Virus record (IMG/VR): IMGVR_UViG_3300020122_000238
Location: 1-64,000 of that record
Length of the DNA: 64,000 nucleotides
Strand: one strand, 5' to 3'
Shown here: piece after piece, positions 59,077-64,000 of the stretch
Layout of the letters: the number at the start of each line of letters is the position of its first letter
How positions within the stretch are numbered: position 1 is the stretch's first letter
Notes under the pieces: model-generated
Told to the model about the DNA's origin: nothing
The model's database searches: none
What the model saw: only the letters and a program-made list of their open reading frames with translations
Made by a program: the position numbers and the translations under genes

Positions 59077-59421
59077 ATGGAACGACGAGATTTCATTTCG
59101 AGTGTTTTGGGAATGGGCGCAGGCCTGACCCTGGGGTGTTCTATGCAGCAGTCGTTGCTGACGGCGGCTGCGTGGAGTCCCAGGTCGGACATCGTCCGGG
59201 GGATTCAAGAGCGAAAGTTATATCTTAACGGACGGAAAGGATTCGTTCGGGTCATGCAACATAACCCGATTTACAGGGACACACATGGGGTATGCTGTTG
59301 GAACATCAGGTGGAATGATCCCCCTCATCTTGAATGGCATGAGAGCAGTGAGACCTTTGAGGGCACCATGGGACTCGTGGACGAGCATCTGAGAAACCTG
59401 GGATTCACCTTGATCTCCTAA
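59077..59421 (+). CDS. Hypothetical protein with twin-arginine-like N-terminus
   Basis: MERRDFI followed by a hydrophobic stretch; AGGAG RBS. Confidence 0.6.
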   Translation: MERRDFISSVLGMGAGLTLGCSMQQSLLTAAAWSPRSDIVRGIQERKLYLNGRKGFVRVMQHNPIYRDTHGVCCWNIRWNDPPHLEWHESSETFEGTMGLVDEHLRNLGFTLIS

Positions 59422-59451
59422 TCCTCTTGTCTCCAGGCCCCTATAAGGGCC

Positions 59452-60792
59452 ATGCCGTACGCAACTCAACGAGATCGACCGATCACCAACCTGGAGATTT
59501 CCAGGGCTCCGTGGCCGGCTCCGCCGTTGAATCTCTTCCTCACCAGTGGGTACGAAGCGGGGATCTTCGACCTGGTGTGGGACGACCCTTCCCAGCTCAG
59601 CCGTAACGGGGACTTCATCCTTTTGGGGGTGAATGTCTACCGTAGTTTCGACAGCGAATTCGGGCCTTTCCAACGGCTGACGAACCTCCCTGTGGGGGCC
59701 ACCTATTGGCGGGACCGCACGGACATCGAGCTGATCGTCGAGGAAGATGTCTCGGCGAACTTCATCTTGAAGGGTCAGGCCAGCGTGAGCCATGATCTCC
59801 GTCGGTACGTATTCAAGACTCTTCACTACCCCATTGTGAAGTCTGGCTCGCAGGGTACGAACGCAGATAGCCCCGAGGATGTCCACGTCTACGTGGATGG
59901 GGTCCAGGCGGTCGTGAAAGCCGTCCGAGGCTTCGTGGGTGAGGTCGAGATCGACGGCTCTGTGCAGGCCGACGTGGCGACGCAGAAGGCGGTGCTTCCT
60001 GTGTACCCGAAGGAGGACAGCCATGTCCTCTGTTCCTATCGGCGGGTGAGGTCGCTGCTTCGTACGGACCTCTCTCAGCGGGTGTTCTACCGGGTAACGA
60101 CGGTCGGTATCTTGGCGAGCGATCCGTCAGGGGAAGTCGTCGAGACGCCTCTTGAGAACGCGATCTCAACGTCGAGCTTCGAGATCGAGAAACTCGACTA
60201 CATCTGGCGAGAAGCTGTCCATCGGAACCGATGGATCCTGGAGCAAGGTGGGGAGCGGGTGAAGGTCTTCCTCCGAAAGAATGTGGGGCTTCCTTGTCCC
60301 TGCATCGAGGATGACTTTCACAACCAGCCCATCAACGATTGCCTCATCTGCTTCGGGACTGGGATCGTCGATGGCTATGAGGGGCCCTACGACATCATCA
60401 TCGCCCCCGACGATGCAGAACGGAAGATCACCCAAAAGGACATCGGCCGTACGATCGAGCACACCTACGAAGCCTGGACGGGGCCTTCTCCGTTGCTCGC
60501 TCATCGTGACTTCTTGGTCAAGATCAACGGGGAACGGTACAGCATCGGGGCGGTTCGTATGCCGACGAACCGAGGCATGATCCTCCAGCAACACTTCAAC
60601 ATTGGGCACTTCGACGAGAAGGACATCAGGTACAAGGTGCCCATGGACGGCCCCCGGAGATTCCCTGCCGCCGGCTTCATTCCTTCGGGGCCCGAGGATG
60701 AGGCTGAAGCCACCCCCACCGATCATCAGGATGTCCCGGCGGAGGTACAGCTTCGCGGCCGTTCTTTGGCGTGGGAGAATACAACCTGGTGA
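59452..60792 (+). CDS. Putative neck/head-closure protein with FN3-like N-terminus
   Basis: GERV.VF.RK...CPC...C..CFGTG...GY motif; W..P...G.NVYRS. Confidence 0.6.
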   Translation: MPYATQRDRPITNLEISRAPWPAPPLNLFLTSGYEAGIFDLVWDDPSQLSRNGDFILLGVNVYRSFDSEFGPFQRLTNLPVGATYWRDRTDIELIVEEDVSANFILKGQASVSHDLRRYVFKTLHYPIVKSGSQGTNADSPEDVHVYVDGVQAVVKAVRGFVGEVEIDGSVQADVATQKAVLPVYPKEDSHVLCSYRRVRSLLRTDLSQRVFYRVTTVGILASDPSGEVVETPLENAISTSSFEIEKLDYIWREAVHRNRWILEQGGERVKVFLRKNVGLPCPCIEDDFHNQPINDCLICFGTGIVDGYEGPYDIIIAPDDAERKITQKDIGRTIEHTYEAWTGPSPLLAHRDFLVKINGERYSIGAVRMPTNRGMILQQHFNIGHFDEKDIRYKVPMDGPRRFPAAGFIPSGPEDEAEATPTDHQDVPAEVQLRGRSLAWENTTW

Positions 60793-61292
60793 GTACCGAC
60801 TTCTTCCGTGTCTCACGGGTCAATCTCAAGCCTATGTTGGGAGATCCTTTCAATGGAATTGACCCCCATCGGGCTTTGAATCTGCTACAGAGGACGCTTC
60901 TGAAGCAGATTCGGGAGAAGCTGATGCAGACGGCTTTCTCCCTTCGGGCTCGGAAGTCGCTATCAAAAGCACTGTCTCTCAAGGTGGGGGATAGCAGCCT
61001 CACGGTGATTGCAAATCACCCCGCTTGGGGACCTCTCGTCAGTGGGCAGAAAAAGGGGCCGATGACTTGGCTACAGAAGGCCAAGGGTCCCATCCCGATT
61101 GTCACGGAAACCGGGGAAGTCATTTTCCGGTCGGCCAACGCCAAGACGATGAAGAACGGGGCCTGGGTTCATCCCGGAAGAGGTCCCACCAACTTCATCG
61201 AAAAGGCGAAGAAAGAAGCCCGAGAGGCTATTCGTACAAGGCTTCTTCGGGATCTCACCAAACAGATTCAAGCAACATGGGCGAGGAAATAA
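60789..61292 (+). CDS. Putative tail-completion/neck protein
   Basis: Basic protein ending WVHPG....FIEKA. Confidence 0.5.
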   Translation: MSTDFFRVSRVNLKPMLGDPFNGIDPHRALNLLQRTLLKQIREKLMQTAFSLRARKSLSKALSLKVGDSSLTVIANHPAWGPLVSGQKKGPMTWLQKAKGPIPIVTETGEVIFRSANAKTMKNGAWVHPGRGPTNFIEKAKKEAREAIRTRLLRDLTKQIQATWARK

Positions 61293-62062
61293 TGTCAGGT
61301 AACGTCGTCGTTTTTGGGATTTCTCCGGACACGGTCATGCTGGAGGACATTCAGATGGATGTTCCTCACTCGACTTCCGTTACGATCCCGGAGGATCTCG
61401 CTCTCAAGTCGAAGGACCTGTGGCGGGCGCTCTCGCAGAGGAGGATCTTCCGTCTGACGAGTGATCTCAACCCCCACAAGGTGTTCACGGCCTCCCCGGC
61501 GCCTCTCCTCGTGAGTCCTCCGCCTTCGGACGACCAGGAGCGCATCACGTCTCTGGCTCATGGGTACAAGAAGCTTCAGGATGAAGTCGAGCGTCTCTTG
61601 CCGTTCGAGGCTGAGGCGGCAAAGCATACCGTCGCACTGGACGTCCTGGAGCACAGGAACAAGTACGCGCTCGATGAGAACGAGGGGCTCCGGCTTTCTG
61701 TGACCAGCCTTCAGGAGGAGAACGTTCGCTTGAAGTCGGGCAACGAGCTGCTCACGAACGACATTGCTCGGCTTCAGGGCCAGCTCGACCTCTACGAGGC
61801 TCAGATTGGTGGACGCGAGAAGCTTGATGAGATCCTCACGCTGCTCAAGGAGCGGCCTGTCGTGATCATGCAGAACACGGGTGGGCTCGGGATCCTGAAG
61901 GCTGTGACGGATGTGGTGGGTGGTGACGCTCCGGCATTCATCCCCTCGACCATCGCATCGAAGGACATGGATGCCCATGTCGAGGTTCAGTCGGAGACTT
62001 CGGAAGGGTCTTCGGTCTCGGAAGCCTCGGCCGCCCTCAAGAAGAAGCGTCAGGGTAACTGA
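61292..62062 (+). CDS. Hypothetical coiled-coil protein
   Basis: TAATG overlap; GAGG RBS. Confidence 0.7.
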   Translation: MSGNVVVFGISPDTVMLEDIQMDVPHSTSVTIPEDLALKSKDLWRALSQRRIFRLTSDLNPHKVFTASPAPLLVSPPPSDDQERITSLAHGYKKLQDEVERLLPFEAEAAKHTVALDVLEHRNKYALDENEGLRLSVTSLQEENVRLKSGNELLTNDIARLQGQLDLYEAQIGGREKLDEILTLLKERPVVIMQNTGGLGILKAVTDVVGGDAPAFIPSTIASKDMDAHVEVQSETSEGSSVSEASAALKKKRQGN

Positions 62063-62098
62063 TAACCTTCTTTCGTAGCATCACAGTGAGGAGTTAGC

Positions 62099-63061
62099 AT
62101 GCACCCCCGACAAGCCAATATTTTGAATGATGCCAACGAGTTGCGCGAAAAGCTCGCGGCCAAAACTGATCCCAAGCCCGGGGGTCCTGCTATCCTTTGG
62201 AAGTACACGGATCCGGAAGGGCGTGTCTTCTACCTGGAGGAACGCCTCACTTCGATCAAGTCTCCCTACAACGGCAAGACCTTCGCGGCCAAGCCGAAGC
62301 GCTTCACGCCGGCTCAGGTCGGACAGGAGATGCGCGAGGAGGGGCAGGAAGCCAAGAAGGCTCCCAAGGCTCCCAAGGCCCCCAAGGGGCCGAAGACCGC
62401 AGCCGATTGGGCTGTGACGGCTCTCGACTCGCGCAGTGAGGGCAAGTTCGATCGCCTGAACCGGGAAGGGGAGAAGATGGCAAAGGCCATCGCCTCATCT
62501 GTGGAAGATTACCAGTACGTCCTGGAGCAGCTCTCCGAGATCCCTGCTCTCCCTCCTGCTGTCATTTCAACGGCCAAAGAAGCCATGAAAGAAGCTGGGA
62601 AGGACCTTTCTCGATGGAAGGGCCTGATGGGGAGTTACTTTCCACTCATGGATCGCCAACTGGAGAAGGGCGAGTCCAAGGATCCTGATCTCAGCCAAAT
62701 GAATCGCAACCATATCATGGTTGCCAAGAAGGACCCTTGGGCCGCCTCGACTACCAAGACGGCTGAGGACTGGGTCTCGGATGGAAGCCCGGAAGAGAAT
62801 GAAAGCGAAGGTCTAGACACCAAGGAGTGGGAGAGCTTCCAGGCCAAGCACGAGCGAATTACGGTTTCTATCAGTCAGGACATCGAACAGTATTACTTCC
62901 TGATGGAGAACGTGCAGGACTACAAGTTCGCCCCCCCAAAGGTGAAGGCGTTCGCCAAGAAGTGCGAGGACATGGGACGGAAGGAAGAGAAGGTGTGGAA
63001 GGACACCTTCGATGATTTCAAGGTCATGGAGAGCCTCTTCGAGGAATCGCACAAGGAGTAG
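62099..63061 (+). CDS. Hypothetical protein with two internal repeats
   Basis: KTAADW... and KTAEDW... modules; GAGGAG RBS. Confidence 0.75.
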   Translation: MHPRQANILNDANELREKLAAKTDPKPGGPAILWKYTDPEGRVFYLEERLTSIKSPYNGKTFAAKPKRFTPAQVGQEMREEGQEAKKAPKAPKAPKGPKTAADWAVTALDSRSEGKFDRLNREGEKMAKAIASSVEDYQYVLEQLSEIPALPPAVISTAKEAMKEAGKDLSRWKGLMGSYFPLMDRQLEKGESKDPDLSQMNRNHIMVAKKDPWAASTTKTAEDWVSDGSPEENESEGLDTKEWESFQAKHERITVSISQDIEQYYFLMENVQDYKFAPPKVKAFAKKCEDMGRKEEKVWKDTFDDFKVMESLFEESHKE

Positions 63062-63070
63062 GGTCCAGAG

Positions 63071-63787
63071 ATGCGTCAAGGAGATCCGGAGCTACCTGAG
63101 CGAGAAGAGAGCGAACATGCGGAGGGGATCTTTGCAATGTGGCACGACCCCACGATGTATGATCCCTTCCAACACGGGCCTCCCTATCTTCCTGAGTCAA
63201 AGTCTCGAACGCCTGTGACCGCGGGGCAGAAGGAGGCGGATGCTCCGCTCATCATTCTGTCCCAGATCCTCCAGAAATTCGCAGCCGATTACGGGGGTGC
63301 GCCTCTTTCGGAGCTGGCGGCGATTCTCGCGTTCCTTCGAGCAGAGGCCATGGTTCACCAGTCTCACCACTGGCAGACCCGAGGGACGACGTTCTATGGG
63401 GATCATCTCCTCTACGACCGGCTTTATGACGACATCCAGAAGCTCATCGATCGCGTGGCAGAGCGGGCCGTTGGAGCTGGGCATCACGTTCTCGCCCACC
63501 CCATGTTGCATGCCTACCATGCGGCGGTTCTCGTTCGAGTCATGTATGAGGGGGCTCCCCTCGACCCTTCTCCGAGCGACTACGCTCTCCTCAGCTTGAG
63601 GATGGTGCATCGGTTTCTCGCTTTTGAGAAGATGGTCTACGCCATCCTCGAAGAACGCGGCCAGCTTTCCCACGGGACCGACAATCTCCTCCAGGAGATC
63701 GCCGACAAGCACGAGGAGCACATCTACGTTCTGAAACAACGAACCCGAACAGCGTCGTACGACCGTCGGGATATGGCAGTCAAATGA
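63071..63787 (+). CDS. Dps/ferritin-like protein
   Basis: HHWQTRGTTFYGDHLLYDRLY...IDRVAERA...HEEHIYVL. Confidence 0.8.
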   Translation: MRQGDPELPEREESEHAEGIFAMWHDPTMYDPFQHGPPYLPESKSRTPVTAGQKEADAPLIILSQILQKFAADYGGAPLSELAAILAFLRAEAMVHQSHHWQTRGTTFYGDHLLYDRLYDDIQKLIDRVAERAVGAGHHVLAHPMLHAYHAAVLVRVMYEGAPLDPSPSDYALLSLRMVHRFLAFEKMVYAILEERGQLSHGTDNLLQEIADKHEEHIYVLKQRTRTASYDRRDMAVK

Positions 63788-64000
63788 GAAAGAAGGATCA
63801 GATGGGACAGGATCGCACGGGATACAAGCCGGGGGTTGGGCTCGACATCGGCACGATGAACATCGTCAGCGCCCGTATGGCTGGCAACGACATCAAGACC
63901 AAGAGGATGCGGGACGCCTTCATCGACCTCGACTTGGAGGCCAAGAAGCAGCTCCGGCTCTCGAAGGTCAACTACGTCGAGAAGGACGGCAACCTGCTCG
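63784..64000 (+). CDS. Actin-like (ASKHA) ATPase, 3'-truncated by window edge
   Basis: ATGA overlap; phosphate-1 motif VGLDIGTMNIVSA. Confidence 0.65.
   Translation, partial: MRKKDQMGQDRTGYKPGVGLDIGTMNIVSARMAGNDIKTKRMRDAFIDLDLEAKKQLRLSKVNYVEKDGNLL

Noticed and set aside
1-64000. Stop-codon reassignment, as seen in some large phages
   Set aside because: TAG, TGA and TAA all end genes at natural C-termini (e.g. RNR and MCP end in TAG), and coding density is high with the standard code.

Overview
A 64-kb segment of a large, GC-rich tailed-phage (jumbo-phage-like) genome in the standard genetic code, with almost all genes on the + strand. Positions 1-23.8 kb hold a replication/recombination/transcription module: class II RNR, NAD-dependent ligase, RecD2, SSB-like, RuvC, HNH, RecA, a Rad50/SbcC split into two genes, SbcD, Cas4-like nuclease, beta clamp, primase, DnaX, a NusG/5'-nuclease fusion and a sigma-like protein. 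Positions 24-64 kb hold a virion module: terminase with a LAGLIDADG intein, portal, prohead protease, scaffold, decoration proteins, HK97-fold major capsid protein (MCP), neck proteins, a Dps/ferritin-like protein and the start of an actin-like ATPase. The most striking observation is 57241-58149, an Acb2/Tad1-like cyclic-nucleotide sponge domain fused to two tandem copies of part of the phage's own MCP, a candidate capsid-linked anti-defence protein. Other signals: a probable degenerate MCP paralogue among the replication genes; recurring RVxxR[FY] and [KR]xA motifs in head-region proteins (candidate packaging and maturation signals); a GGTGTA-N10-ATG leaderless-promoter motif; and a pyrimidine-rich late-promoter candidate. 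All family assignments come from motif recognition by eye, not from database searches.
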